From contig JAQRMU010000007.1 of assembly GCA_028598975.1 (NCBI GenBank), positions 3,182-67,181 of the forward strand: a stretch of DNA of 64,000 bases. The letters run 5' to 3'. Below, one piece after another: positions 22,101-34,280 of this stretch. A program made the position numbers and the translations under genes. The notes beneath the pieces are model-generated. The model had not been told where the DNA came from. It made no database searches and worked only from the letters and a program-made list of their open reading frames with translations. Each line of letters begins with the position of its first letter. The stretch's first letter is position 1. Origin of the DNA: Gammaproteobacteria bacterium (GTDB lineage: Bacteria; Pseudomonadota; Gammaproteobacteria; Nitrosococcales; Methylophagaceae).

Positions 22101-23008
22101 CCGGTTAAATGATCAATAATGACAGGCTCAGCTATGGCTTCATCATTGCGTGACATTATTTTAGATTTGGATAATTGCACCTCAGCCATCACTGCGTTAA
22201 TGGTAGTTCCCTGCCCTGAACCTGATAAATTAATATCAGCTAAACCTTCCTCTACCGCAATATCTTGCCACGTATAGCGTTGTGCTAAACGTCCTAGATT
22301 CAGATTATTCGTTTTCAGTTGCCACTGCCACGCATTATCTTGTGTACTGCCTATCTTCGCTTGGGCTTGGAATTGCAACTGTTGGCCCAATGTGTCCGGT
22401 AAACGAATATTTCCTGTTGATGTCCACTGATCAGACTGATGAGTCACTATCGCATTTGTTATGTGATAGCTTCCTGACAATGCTGTTGCTAGTTGGTCAT
22501 CATAATTAATCATGATCGATTGCAAATGAAAGCGGTTAAGAATTTTAATCCAAGCTAGCCAGTCTTGATTATTTGAGGATGAGGAATGATTAAGCCCTTT
22601 TACCTGTATTTTTCCTGCCTCATTTCGTTCCACTGAAAGAGCTAACCCTGTCAAAGTAACATCGTTAAGTACAGGCTCACCCTGAGCCATACTTGCAACA
22701 ATATCTAAACCAACATAAAGATCATCAAGGCTAAGAATATTACTTTTTTTGCTTTTATCTAAAATCTTCACTGACTCAAGCTGAACCTTTGGTAACAGGC
22801 CTAACCAATGAATTCCTGCAGCCCCTATTTCTACGGGGTAACCAATTTGTTCGCTGGCCCATGCTGCAATTTCATCTTGACGTTGTTCCACCGCACCCGA
22901 CAACCAATAAACGACACCTAGCGATGTTATTAGCAATACCAATAACATAATCACTAAATAAGCAATCTGCTTACTTGCAATATGAACACTTCGCCGAATA
23001 AAAGACAT
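19187..23008 (-). CDS. yhdP: AsmA2-family envelope protein YhdP
   Basis: 1273 aa with an N-terminal TM helix. Typical position downstream of rng. Confidence 0.85.
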   Translation of the reverse strand: MSFIRRSVHIASKQIAYLVIMLLVLLITSLGVVYWLSGAVEQRQDEIAAWASEQIGYPVEIGAAGIHWLGLLPKVQLESVKILDKSKKSNILSLDDLYVGLDIVASMAQGEPVLNDVTLTGLALSVERNEAGKIQVKGLNHSSSSNNQDWLAWIKILNRFHLQSIMINYDDQLATALSGSYHITNAIVTHQSDQWTSTGNIRLPDTLGQQLQFQAQAKIGSTQDNAWQWQLKTNNLNLGRLAQRYTWQDIAVEEGLADINLSGSGQGTTINAVMAEVQLSKSKIMSRNDEAIAEPVIIDHLTGTFDWQNKRNSWQLSGRNIQLYMNEDEWPETGFTINKNDDGTWLIAGNYIRLSDITSLASLSKQSPEILRQQRPAGDIERFNLRYSVENGVSALAFKVSDGAVDSWNDYPGFTGLTMLASWNEGLAKLEFQSHDFTLYAKKWLDDAVFFDSISGNIELQKSEKTWLVKSDKFEVWNDDLTLQLDGQVEQLADGEIVNNIKLELKDIVVEHWQQYVPQNILSASFKQWSSKAFKAGKIVDGDIEWIGKLSAFPYNNGLDDGLFKMALNVDNIQLHYAEEWPDLFGVTGTIEGHGHDLTIKSQQGKVAGFDFADVTTVINKLNEKKPILTVEGKLKGSSKLAASFLQNSPLNERFGSALKPITMTGKSDIDLELIVPLANTNETNVAGHVSFVKSQLHHKEIEVVGLQDINGLLRFDNDGVYAKNIEANLFDEAVEITVKPKGSKTGISMVGQISTDKLTSLWPNDIPHFIQGKTDYKLDITILEKEVGDFYLDYSLHSDLKGVDIDIPKPFIKAKGDKKELNISMENVDHQFVYLFKYGDEFNVTAVKHSEGWRAAIKFGEEHDILPTNGIKVGGKLNELSINDWLDWSEKQIQTEGNAFLSSIDDVSMTIDTLTGFNQKLTALNYSINKDGQGWRIKLKSKETGEGSIYWPANFTGPAPLEVSLNKLTLVSSPKEQLEKKPKPSSSSKTTLWPAMDINIGTVTFDNMNLGQLEFHADQQNQTWKIGSALLKSKLLTAEVVKDSSQWQQSSSQDQSKLAVKVTSNNLTALLDGLGYQQAIESEHAQLIFDVSWPGTPLALAKENVTGHLNIDIGKGKLNDVEPGAAGRVFGLMSIAALPRRLALDFSDLFSTGFTFDSIKGDFELANGIALTENLTLNGASAKIEMSGSTDLAKKQYDQQVTITPNVSSTLPLAGAVAGGPVGLGVGAALLVVDKLTGKLFGKNIVNLISYKYHLTGPWDEPQMSVIKPVTP

Positions 23009-23011
23009 GAC

Positions 23012-24478
23012 TTACATCAACACCACATTAAACTGTTCACGGCTATATTGAGGTTCAGGCTGGAATAAAATGGGTTTACCAATAAACTGCTCTAATTCTG
23101 CCACGTTTGTTGAGTCTTCATCATTCAAACGATCAATAATATCTTGTGCTGCAAGGATTAAAAACTGTGTCATTTCATACTGCTTGGCTTCGCGAATAAT
23201 TTCTCTGAAAATTTCATAGCACACTGTTTCAGCACTTTTTGCATAACCTTTACCGTCACAACATGGACACGGTTCACATAACACGTGTTCTAAACTTTCT
23301 CGCGTTCTCTTACGCGTCATTTCAACTAAACCCAGTTCAGAAACACCACAGATCTTATGGCGCGCCCTGTCTGGCATCATTGATTTTTCTAATGTTCTTA
23401 ATACTTGCTGCTGATGCTCGACCTCATCCATATCAATAAAATCGAGAATAATAATGCCGCCAAGATTACGAATTCTAAGTTGTCTCGCTATGGCCTGTGC
23501 AGCCTCTAAGTTTGTTTTGAAAATTGTTTCTTCTAAGTTTTTATGGCCAACAAAGCCACCGGTATTAACATCAACCGTTGTCATTGCTTCAGTCTGATCA
23601 AATATCAAATAACCACCTGATTTCAACGGTACTTTCCGCTCTAAGGCTTTCTTTATTTCATCTTCAACGCTGAACAAATCAAATAAGGGACTATCACCTT
23701 TATAGTGTTCTAAGCGAGAAGCACATTCTGGCATAAAACCTTCGGAAAACCTCATTGCTTTTTGATATGTTTCTCCAGAATCAATTCTAATTCGCTCAAT
23801 ATCATCAGAAAACAAGTCACGTAATGCGCGTAGAGAAAGTGGTAAATCTTCATGCAGAGGTTCACCACATTTAACCGATGACTTACGTTCTCCCAGCTTA
23901 TCCCACAGGCGGTGTAAATAATTTAAATCTGCCAATAACTCGGCTTCACTCACACCTTCAGCAGCCGTTCGAAGAATATAGCCACCCGCATCTTTTTCTA
24001 ACTGTGAAATTAGGCAAGACTTCAGTCTAGCTCGCTCTTCTTCACCATCAATTTTAAGTGAAACACCTATTCCCTGCGTTTCTGGCATATAAACTAAATA
24101 GCGTGAAGAAACAGATAATTGCGTTGTTAAGCGTGCACCTTTACTTCCTAGTGGATCTTTAATAACTTGCACAAGCACTTCCTGACCTTCACGTAAGAGT
24201 GAGGTAATGGGAGGCACTTCTGTTTTTTTCAAATCACCTGTTTGACCTTGGGGAATAGAAATATCAGAGGCATGAAGAAAAGCGGCACGAGCCAAACCAA
24301 TTTCCACAAAAGCTGCCTGCATACCGGGTAAGACTCGGCAAACCTTGCCTTTATAGATATTGCCAACAATCCCTCGACATTCCGTTCGTTCGATAAAAAC
24401 TTCTTGCAGAACACCATTATCAACAACAACAGCTCGCGTTTCAGTTGGCGTAACATTAATTAATATTTCACTACTCAT
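23012..24478 (-). CDS. rng: Ribonuclease G
   Basis: 488 aa with an S1 domain and the RNase E/G catalytic core. Lacks an RNase E-type C-terminal extension. Confidence 0.93.
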   Translation of the reverse strand: MSSEILINVTPTETRAVVVDNGVLQEVFIERTECRGIVGNIYKGKVCRVLPGMQAAFVEIGLARAAFLHASDISIPQGQTGDLKKTEVPPITSLLREGQEVLVQVIKDPLGSKGARLTTQLSVSSRYLVYMPETQGIGVSLKIDGEEERARLKSCLISQLEKDAGGYILRTAAEGVSEAELLADLNYLHRLWDKLGERKSSVKCGEPLHEDLPLSLRALRDLFSDDIERIRIDSGETYQKAMRFSEGFMPECASRLEHYKGDSPLFDLFSVEDEIKKALERKVPLKSGGYLIFDQTEAMTTVDVNTGGFVGHKNLEETIFKTNLEAAQAIARQLRIRNLGGIIILDFIDMDEVEHQQQVLRTLEKSMMPDRARHKICGVSELGLVEMTRKRTRESLEHVLCEPCPCCDGKGYAKSAETVCYEIFREIIREAKQYEMTQFLILAAQDIIDRLNDEDSTNVAELEQFIGKPILFQPEPQYSREQFNVVLM

Positions 24479-25058
24479 TTATCCGTCCTGCGATTTGAGT
24501 TAATAATAGTCCAGTTTCCCTCAATGGTAAGCCCATAATACCCGAGTAACTGCCTTCTATTTGTTCTATAAACAAAGCAGCCAAGCCTTGCACGGCATAA
24601 CCACCTGCTTTATCAACACCCTCTTTTGTCGACAAATACCAATCAATTTCATCGGCAGTTAATTTAGCAAATGTAACGGTGCTTGTATTCAATTCAAGCC
24701 ATGTTTTTTCTGTTGTTACAATCGCCACAGCAGTCATCACTTGATGCTGTTGTCCTGAAAGTCGCTGTAACATCTCCCGTGCATGTTCATCATCACTCGG
24801 CTTACCTAAGACATCACCCGCTAATACAACTGATGTATCCGATCCTAATACAGGTTTATTATTACTGTGATTTAAACTATCCCAACCTGCTTGCGCTTTA
24901 GCAATCGCAACACGCTGAACATAATCTACAGCGGGTTCATTATCAAAACGACGTTCATCAACGTCAACAGATAACATAGAGAAATTGACGCCAATCTGAG
25001 TGAGAAGTTCACGTCTACGTGGTGAATTAGAGGCTAGATAGATTTGAGGAAACATCAT
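24471..25058 (-). CDS. maf: Maf-like nucleoside triphosphate pyrophosphatase
   Basis: MMFPQIYLASNSPRRRELL. Start moved to the ATG that overlaps the rlmH stop (ATGA). Confidence 0.9.
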   Translation of the reverse strand: MMFPQIYLASNSPRRRELLTQIGVNFSMLSVDVDERRFDNEPAVDYVQRVAIAKAQAGWDSLNHSNNKPVLGSDTSVVLAGDVLGKPSDDEHAREMLQRLSGQQHQVMTAVAIVTTEKTWLELNTSTVTFAKLTADEIDWYLSTKEGVDKAGGYAVQGLAALFIEQIEGSYSGIMGLPLRETGLLLTQIAGRINE

Positions 25059-25525
25059 GCGCGGTGATAAGGGTGGTTTTGTAAAACGGTCCAAGCACGG
25101 TATAACTGCTCAGACATTACAATACGTACTAAAGGGTGCGGTAAGGTTAACGCCGACAATGACCAACGCTGATTGGCACGTTGCAAACAGTCATCGGTTA
25201 AACCATCAGGCCCACCGACAATGAGTGATACATCACGACCATCAGACTGCCAGTTTTTGAGCTGACCGGCTAACTGCTCAGTGTTCCATGGCTTGCCTTT
25301 CACATCTAATGCAACAACATGATGATTGGCAGGAATCGCGGCTAAAATACGTTCACCTTCTTCACGCATCCATTGCTGGGGGCTTCCACTTTTCCCTCGC
25401 TTAGCAGGCATTATTTCATGTAACTGAAGGCTACATTCTCGCGGCATTCGCTTGGCGTATTCTTGATACCCCTCTGTCACCCATGATGGCATTTTTGTGC
25501 CAACAGCCAACAGGTTTAACTTCAT
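25055..25525 (-). CDS. rlmH: 23S rRNA (pseudouridine1915-N3)-methyltransferase
   Basis: 156-aa SPOUT family protein, downstream of rsfS. Confidence 0.93.
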   Translation of the reverse strand: MKLNLLAVGTKMPSWVTEGYQEYAKRMPRECSLQLHEIMPAKRGKSGSPQQWMREEGERILAAIPANHHVVALDVKGKPWNTEQLAGQLKNWQSDGRDVSLIVGGPDGLTDDCLQRANQRWSLSALTLPHPLVRIVMSEQLYRAWTVLQNHPYHRA

Positions 25526-25878
25526 TAGTCTTCTTCCGAAGCCTGTTCCGTATCTTCAGGTACACTCCACAATTTTTCTAAATTATAGGTAATACGCACT
25601 TGTGGCGTCATAATATGAACAATAACATCGATTAAATCGACCAATGCCCACTCACCTACATCTTCACCTTCAACCCCCATTGGTTGAATGCCTGCGGCTT
25701 TAGCTTGACTACTCACTTCATTTGCCAAGGCTTTTACTTGGCGGGTTGATTTACCCGTAGCGATAATCATATAGTCTGTGACATCAGTCATTTCGGTGAC
25801 ATCAATAATCTTAATATCTTCGGCTTTAATGTCTTCTAGTGCATCAATCACTAGTAATTGTAATTCTTTGGCCTTCAT
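25525..25878 (-). CDS. rsfS: Ribosomal silencing factor
   Basis: 117 aa with a DYMIIATG-type motif. Conserved rsfS-rlmH pair. Confidence 0.92.
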   Translation of the reverse strand: MKAKELQLLVIDALEDIKAEDIKIIDVTEMTDVTDYMIIATGKSTRQVKALANEVSSQAKAAGIQPMGVEGEDVGEWALVDLIDVIVHIMTPQVRITYNLEKLWSVPEDTEQASEED

Positions 25879-25989
25879 CGGGCGCTCCAGTCAATCATAT
25901 AATTAGACTATTTTACCCTAAGCGGCTGAATTACGTTATATTTAAGTCAAACTTCTTTGATTGCAACATGATGTGTCTAAAATTAACTC

Positions 25990-26727
25990 TTGAACTCGAT
26001 TAATAAAATCACTTTATCGCTCAGTTTTATAGTGCTATGTGTCTCTTTTTGGAACCGTAATACACTCATTGATGAGCTACCTATTGCAGCAGAAGTATTT
26101 GCAGAACCCATTCAATCTAAAGTACATAAAAAACCTTTCTCAACCGAATTTCACACGCTTAATTACCATATTGAACCCATTTACAATTATGATTTATACG
26201 GCCTCGTTGTGTCATTTCGGCACCATGATGGTAATCAAAGCTTACATAAACTTTGGGGAGATCATATTAATGTCGCTGATGTCTGCGTTGTTTGGAAGGA
26301 GTTTGCAGCAAGTCCTTATTTAAATAAAATGGACTTCTGGAATGGCCAATTTACTTGTATGGTTTCAGCACCTAATAATAAAATATGGGCTAACTTTAAT
26401 GGCTCACAATTATCAAATAATCACTTAATCTCTGATAATGAGTTTATTCGCCAATCTATTCAAGATATAAAGGTAGGAGACCAAATCCATATTAAAGGTT
26501 GGCTATCAAACTATAGCAATGACAATGGTGGCACTCGCAGAACAAGTATCGTTAGAACGGATTCAGGCAATGGTGCGTGTGAAACCATTTTTGTTAATCA
26601 ATTTGAAATCATCAAACCGTATGACAATCCTTGGCGCACAACAATGTATCTTTCCTTGCTTATATTTATTCTATCTTTAATTAATTATTTCAGAACGCCA
26701 TATAAGCCTTACCGAAATAGGATCTAA
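25990..26727 (+). CDS. Hypothetical membrane-anchored protein (TM helix at both ends)
   Basis: 245-aa ORF with a TTG start. N-terminal TM ITLSLSFIVLCVSFW and C-terminal TM MYLSLLIFILSLINYF. I recognise no family. Lies on the opposite strand to all its neighbours. Confidence 0.55.
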   Translation: MNSINKITLSLSFIVLCVSFWNRNTLIDELPIAAEVFAEPIQSKVHKKPFSTEFHTLNYHIEPIYNYDLYGLVVSFRHHDGNQSLHKLWGDHINVADVCVVWKEFAASPYLNKMDFWNGQFTCMVSAPNNKIWANFNGSQLSNNHLISDNEFIRQSIQDIKVGDQIHIKGWLSNYSNDNGGTRRTSIVRTDSGNGACETIFVNQFEIIKPYDNPWRTTMYLSLLIFILSLINYFRTPYKPYRNRI

Positions 26728-26740
26728 AAACAGTACACGC

Positions 26741-27547
26741 TTACTTATCTGCTTGAGGTAACCATTCAGATGTTTTACCTGTCCAGTAATAGGCGGTTAA
26801 ACCAATCCACTCTCGCCACGCAGGTTCTAATACTTCCAGATGTTCAAATAAATTAAAGTCCCACCGCCTAAATGAAGGGTGATTACTTCGGTAATCGACA
26901 GGGTAAGGAATAATATTAATCTTATTCTGGCGGGCAACACCCACTGCACGAGGCATATGAAAAGCCGAGGTGATAAGAAGGTATTGTCCTTGTTTATTAG
27001 GTAATAATGGTCTCATCAAAACAAAATTTTCATTGGTATTTCGTGACTGTGATTCAATAATAAGTCGTTGTTCTTCAACGCCCATATCTACAAGTAGAGA
27101 ACGAGCAATCCCGCTCTCACTCCAAGAAAGCTTAGACTGCAACAGACCACTACCACCTGAAAATATAACGGGGACATTGGGGTACTGTTTCGCTAAAATA
27201 ACGCCAGCTACAAACCGATCGCCACCATTACCTAGCTCAGTATTATTCCAGCTTATTGACTGCTTTAACTCCTCTCCCCCACCTAAAATAATAATGCCAT
27301 CAATGGTCTGGGGAAGCTCACTAGGTTTGGAGAACCGTGTTTCTAAGGGGTGCATCAAATAATCGCTCACTGGGTAAGCAAGTAATACAAAGCTTAGTAA
27401 GGCTGTTGGTAGTAATATTTTCTTTGTAGCACTGATTTTATTGCGCAATAACTGCAATGTTCCCAGCACCATCAACAAGGTGATTACATTCGTGGGACTT
27501 AACAATCCCCATGCGAGCTTTGAAAGTATGAAAAATAGATTATCCAT
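26741..27547 (-). CDS. DUF218 (YdcF/ElyC) family protein
   Basis: N-terminal TM helices, IIILGGG and ITSAFHMPRA motifs. Confidence 0.8.
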   Translation of the reverse strand: MDNLFFILSKLAWGLLSPTNVITLLMVLGTLQLLRNKISATKKILLPTALLSFVLLAYPVSDYLMHPLETRFSKPSELPQTIDGIIILGGGEELKQSISWNNTELGNGGDRFVAGVILAKQYPNVPVIFSGGSGLLQSKLSWSESGIARSLLVDMGVEEQRLIIESQSRNTNENFVLMRPLLPNKQGQYLLITSAFHMPRAVGVARQNKINIIPYPVDYRSNHPSFRRWDFNLFEHLEVLEPAWREWIGLTAYYWTGKTSEWLPQADK

Positions 27548-27591
27548 TTTTTATTAATGTGTCGGGTTAAAACCCGACCTACACCGACTCT

Positions 27592-28221
27592 TCATTTATA
27601 TAAACCCAACATACCAATTATTTGAATAACAGCATCTGGTAATAAGAATTGAGGGTTTAAACCTTGAGAAATTTTTGCTCTGATATCTGTCGCTGATATC
27701 GCTAATTGAGTAACCTTCACAGGCCAAATTTTACCTGCTAACTTATTGCTCTCACCCTCAATGGCTAAATGTTGTTGATACCATCCTTCTATCTCGGTTG
27801 GTATTTCCGCGGTTTCATCAGGACGTTCCATCACCACAAGATGAGCTAAATCCAATAGTTCATCCCAACGGTGCCATGTTTGGATATAAGCAAAGGCATC
27901 TGTGCCCAACATCAGATACAAAGGACTTTCTGGAAACTCTTCTCGCAAACTCAATAATGTGTCAAAGGTATATGAGGGACCTTCTCGGTGAAGCTCTCTA
28001 TCATCTACCACAAACTGAGCACTATTTTTTACTGCAAGGTGCAACATTGTTAAACGTTGTTCTGCTGTTGCTTGTGGCTGCTCTCGATGAGGAGGGTTAG
28101 CACTTGGAATGAGATGAATGCGCTCTAAATCAAGTTGCTCAAGTACATCAAGAGCAGGTCTTAAATGACCAAAATGAATAGGGTCAAATGTGCCGCCAAA
28201 GATTCCAATAGAGTCTGACAT
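27592..28221 (-). CDS. nadD: Nicotinate-nucleotide adenylyltransferase
   Basis: IGIFGGTFDPIHFGHL motif, 209 aa. Confidence 0.93.
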   Translation of the reverse strand: MSDSIGIFGGTFDPIHFGHLRPALDVLEQLDLERIHLIPSANPPHREQPQATAEQRLTMLHLAVKNSAQFVVDDRELHREGPSYTFDTLLSLREEFPESPLYLMLGTDAFAYIQTWHRWDELLDLAHLVVMERPDETAEIPTEIEGWYQQHLAIEGESNKLAGKIWPVKVTQLAISATDIRAKISQGLNPQFLLPDAVIQIIGMLGLYK

Positions 28222-28225
28222 TCAG

Positions 28226-29488
28226 TTATTCTCGGATCTGTCCACTACCTAACACAATCCACTTTTGCGATGTGAGACCTTCTAATCCAACAGGGCCACG
28301 GGCATGAATTTTATCAGTAGAAATTCCGATCTCAGCACCTAAGCCATATTCAAAACCATCAGCAAATCGTGTTGATGCATTGACCATCACGGAACTAGAG
28401 TCGACTTCTGCTAAGAACCGTCGAGAGCGTGCATAATCTTCGGTCACAATTGTTTCGGTGTGCCCTGAACTATGCTGATGAATATGATCCATGGCATCAT
28501 CAAGTCCATCAACAATACGGATTGATAAGATAGGCGCTAAATATTCAGTATCCCAATCTTCATCTGCTGCCGCAGTAATATCCGTTAAGATAATTTGGGT
28601 CAGCTCACAGCCTCGTAGCTCAACAGACTCTGCTGCATATCGCTGCTGTAAGCGAGGCAAAATGTCACCTGCAATGGCACTATCAACTAATAATGTTTCC
28701 ATTGCATTACAGACACCATAACGATGACATTTAGCATTAAAGGCAATTTCTTCTGCCATCGCTAAATCAGCCGCACCATCAATATAGACATGGCAAATGC
28801 CATCAAGGTGTTTAATAACAGGTACACGTGCATCATTACTAATACGCTCAATTAAGTTTTTGCCACCACGAGGCACAATCACATCCACATACTCCGACAT
28901 CGTGATTAACTCGCCGACTGCGGCACGATCGGTTGTTTCAACAACTTGAACAGCACTCGTTGGCAAGCCAGCCTGCTCTAATCCTCGATGAATACATGCC
29001 GCCACTGCTTTATTTGAGTTAATCGCTTCACTACCACCACGTAAAATGGTGGCATTACCTGATTTCAAACATAAACCTGCTGCATCTGCTGTTACATTGG
29101 GACGAGATTCGTAGATAATGCCAATCACACCTAAAGGCACACGCATTTGACCTAATTGGATGCCAGAAGGACGGTAGTTCATATTGCTGATTTCACCGAC
29201 AGGATCAGGTAAAGCTGCAATTTGTTCTAGGCCTTCAGCCATGCCTTCAATACGTTCACCTGTTAATGATAAACGGTCAAGCAGTGCCGCATCTAGGCCC
29301 TTTTCTTTACCCGCAATCATATCTAACTCATTTTGCTGCTTGAGTATTTTAACTGAACATCTAATCTCACTCGCAATCGCTAATAGCGCTTTATTTTTTG
29401 TCTTGGTACCAGCACGAGATAATGCTCGACTTGCTGTTCTCGCCTGCTGACCTAAGGCTTGCATATAGTTTTTAATATCCAATGCCAC
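28226..29488 (-). CDS. proA: Gamma-glutamyl phosphate reductase
   Basis: 420-aa aldehyde-dehydrogenase fold with the catalytic-Cys context ([10 protein letters not shown]). Confidence 0.93.
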   Translation of the reverse strand: MALDIKNYMQALGQQARTASRALSRAGTKTKNKALLAIASEIRCSVKILKQQNELDMIAGKEKGLDAALLDRLSLTGERIEGMAEGLEQIAALPDPVGEISNMNYRPSGIQLGQMRVPLGVIGIIYESRPNVTADAAGLCLKSGNATILRGGSEAINSNKAVAACIHRGLEQAGLPTSAVQVVETTDRAAVGELITMSEYVDVIVPRGGKNLIERISNDARVPVIKHLDGICHVYIDGAADLAMAEEIAFNAKCHRYGVCNAMETLLVDSAIAGDILPRLQQRYAAESVELRGCELTQIILTDITAAADEDWDTEYLAPILSIRIVDGLDDAMDHIHQHSSGHTETIVTEDYARSRRFLAEVDSSSVMVNASTRFADGFEYGLGAEIGISTDKIHARGPVGLEGLTSQKWIVLGSGQIRE

Positions 29489-29492
29489 TCTC

Positions 29493-30521
29493 CTAATTCT
29501 GACTAATGACGTTAATGCCTGCTACTTGCAAACATAATGTTTCTAATAATGTCCATGGGCAACGTTTTACAGCCCCCTTTGCAGCTTGGTCTATCTGTGC
29601 CATTTGCTGCAAGAAAGCTTGCCATTGTGATCGCTCATGTCGGCCTAATGCCTGTCGCATCATGGGCCGACTTTTTTCCCATATTGGTGGTTTTTGTGAT
29701 GAAAAAACCTGCTCTATTCGTGCTCCATTATCCAATTGCACAGCCATATCAACCATGCGGTGTAATGACCACGATACCGCAGAAAAGACAGCGAGAATAT
29801 CTAAACCTTCAGCGCGTAAGCGGCTAATCATTCGAGGTATCTTACTCGTTTGTCCAGATAGTACGGTATCCATTAAGCCGAACGCCTCAAAACGGGCATT
29901 GTCAGCAACAGAATCTAATACCGTTTGCTCATCGACATCACCATTAGGGCAAAGCAATTGTAATTTATCAATTTCTTGAGCGGCTGCAAATAGATTACCT
30001 TCAACACGTTCCGCTATAAGTTCAAACACCTGCTGATTTGCTCGTAAACCACGCTGCTGCATCCGCTGTGAAATCCAGCGGGGTAAATTTGCTAAATCAA
30101 CAGGCCAAATAGGAATCATTGCCCCAATTCTATCTAGTTCAGTAAACCACTTACTTTTTTGTGAACGTGTATCAATCTTGCCGCTAATGATTAATAGTGT
30201 TGTATCTATTGGTGGGTTTTCAACATAACGTCGTAACGCCTCGCCCCCTTCTTTACCGGGAGCGCCTGAAGGAAGACGGATCTCTATCAACCGTTGGCTT
30301 GAGAACAAAGACATTGTTTGTTCTTGCCATTGTAAGTCCGACCAATTAAATCGACCTTCGACATGCCATACTTGTCGATCATCCGCCCCCATTTGGCGGG
30401 CGCGTTGGCGAACCAAATCTCCGGCCTCTTCCACCAGCATTTGTTCATCACCAAATATAACGTAAATCGGTAATAGATTTTGTTGCAAATGCCCTGCTAA
30501 TTGTTCAGCTTTAAGCCGCAT
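29493..30521 (-). CDS. holA: DNA polymerase III delta subunit
   Basis: 342 aa. Conserved leuS-lptE-holA order. Confidence 0.88.
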   Translation of the reverse strand: MRLKAEQLAGHLQQNLLPIYVIFGDEQMLVEEAGDLVRQRARQMGADDRQVWHVEGRFNWSDLQWQEQTMSLFSSQRLIEIRLPSGAPGKEGGEALRRYVENPPIDTTLLIISGKIDTRSQKSKWFTELDRIGAMIPIWPVDLANLPRWISQRMQQRGLRANQQVFELIAERVEGNLFAAAQEIDKLQLLCPNGDVDEQTVLDSVADNARFEAFGLMDTVLSGQTSKIPRMISRLRAEGLDILAVFSAVSWSLHRMVDMAVQLDNGARIEQVFSSQKPPIWEKSRPMMRQALGRHERSQWQAFLQQMAQIDQAAKGAVKRCPWTLLETLCLQVAGINVISQN

Positions 30522-30527
30522 AAGGTA

Positions 30528-31022
30528 TTATTTCAATGCAGATAAACGTCGTAAAATACTTTGTACTAACTGTTGATTTACTTGCTCACGTAATAAGCGT
30601 TCTTCATCATCTTTACCGAGTACTTGGTCTTGATCAAATTGATAATCACGTTGAGCTTCAACTTTTTGAACGTCACTGATTAACTGCCCATTTCCATCAC
30701 TTACTTTGAATGAAACCCAACCATGTAAACCATACTCACTTACTTTTGCATCAGAACCAACCGATAGGACGCGTCGTTCAAATTTATTTTCTAAGACAGT
30801 CAATACGGCACTACCTTCTTGGTAATTATTAACGACCGTAACATCATTACGCATCAAACCACGCTTAAGCTCAAGTCCAAAGCCTTGTTGTAAGTTAACA
30901 CCTTGTACATACATTGTTTTTAAACTATCAGGTAATGTTGCCGAACCACGCAAGTGGAAACCACAGCCTGCTAATGCTAGAAATAAAAAACTAATCAGTA
31001 CATTTGATAAAGCACGGTTCAT
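30528..31022 (-). CDS. lptE: LPS-assembly lipoprotein LptE
   Basis: Lipobox LALAGC followed by GFHLRG. Confidence 0.9.
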   Translation of the reverse strand: MNRALSNVLISFLFLALAGCGFHLRGSATLPDSLKTMYVQGVNLQQGFGLELKRGLMRNDVTVVNNYQEGSAVLTVLENKFERRVLSVGSDAKVSEYGLHGWVSFKVSDGNGQLISDVQKVEAQRDYQFDQDQVLGKDDEERLLREQVNQQLVQSILRRLSALK

Positions 31023-31034
31023 AACAACTTTTCC

Positions 31035-33584
<2,550 letters not shown>

Positions 33585-33641
33585 TTATTATTCGTGTCAC
33601 TATAACTTCTCTGTTAATAACAACTAATAAGAACAACAATT

Positions 33642-34268
33642 ATGCGCCTAATCTTTATTCTTTTAGCTTTATCCACTCTCGCGAGTTGTGCCAACCGAAT
33701 TTACGGGATTTCTGAAGAACAATGGGCAACACTGTCATCTTCTGAGCGTGAGCAAATGATAGCGCATCATCAAGAAATGGAAGTTTTACGTGAACAACGC
33801 CGTATCGAAGAAGCTAAGATTACCGTCGAACAAGAGAAACAAACCTTGCTAGAAATGGAATCTCGCCAAGCTCATGTCGAACAAATCTATGCTCAAGAAC
33901 CTAATATTCAAGGCGATTTATTACGCGTCACTATTCGTAGTGGAGAGCTTTATATGCATGGCAAACACCGTTCATACCGCCCCGTGTCATTCCGAATTGC
34001 CGATGGTGAACAAAAAGTAATCACTTTCCACCACTCACAAAAGCGCCATTATCAAATCGATGTTGCTGTCGAATATTACAATGGTGTTTTATCATTTGAT
34101 TATGAGCGAAATAATCGTTATGACTACCGTTATGATCTCGCTTATGAACCTGCATGGCGCCATGGTAAATATTATAAAAATATAACATTGAATAAACACT
34201 CACATTCGCAAGCTAGAAATATTGAAATTATTGTCGAAATAGCATCGCAACACCACAGGTATGATTAG
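33642..34268 (+). CDS. Hypothetical lipoprotein
   Basis: Lipobox LSTLASC. A charged helical segment is followed by a Tyr/His/Arg-rich C-terminal half. I recognise no family. Confidence 0.6.
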   Translation: MRLIFILLALSTLASCANRIYGISEEQWATLSSSEREQMIAHHQEMEVLREQRRIEEAKITVEQEKQTLLEMESRQAHVEQIYAQEPNIQGDLLRVTIRSGELYMHGKHRSYRPVSFRIADGEQKVITFHHSQKRHYQIDVAVEYYNGVLSFDYERNNRYDYRYDLAYEPAWRHGKYYKNITLNKHSHSQARNIEIIVEIASQHHRYD

Positions 34269-34280
34269 CTTAATACGTAG

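Noticed and set aside
27561-27578. Hairpin GTCGGG-ttaaaa-CCCGAC between nadD and the DUF218 gene. A similar hairpin, ATCCCCTTC-gttct-GAAGGGGAT, lies at 39410-39432 after rpiA.
   Set aside because: Both are short stems with no adjacent U-tract on the relevant strand. The evidence is not enough to call them terminators or repeat-family members, and the two sequences are unrelated.
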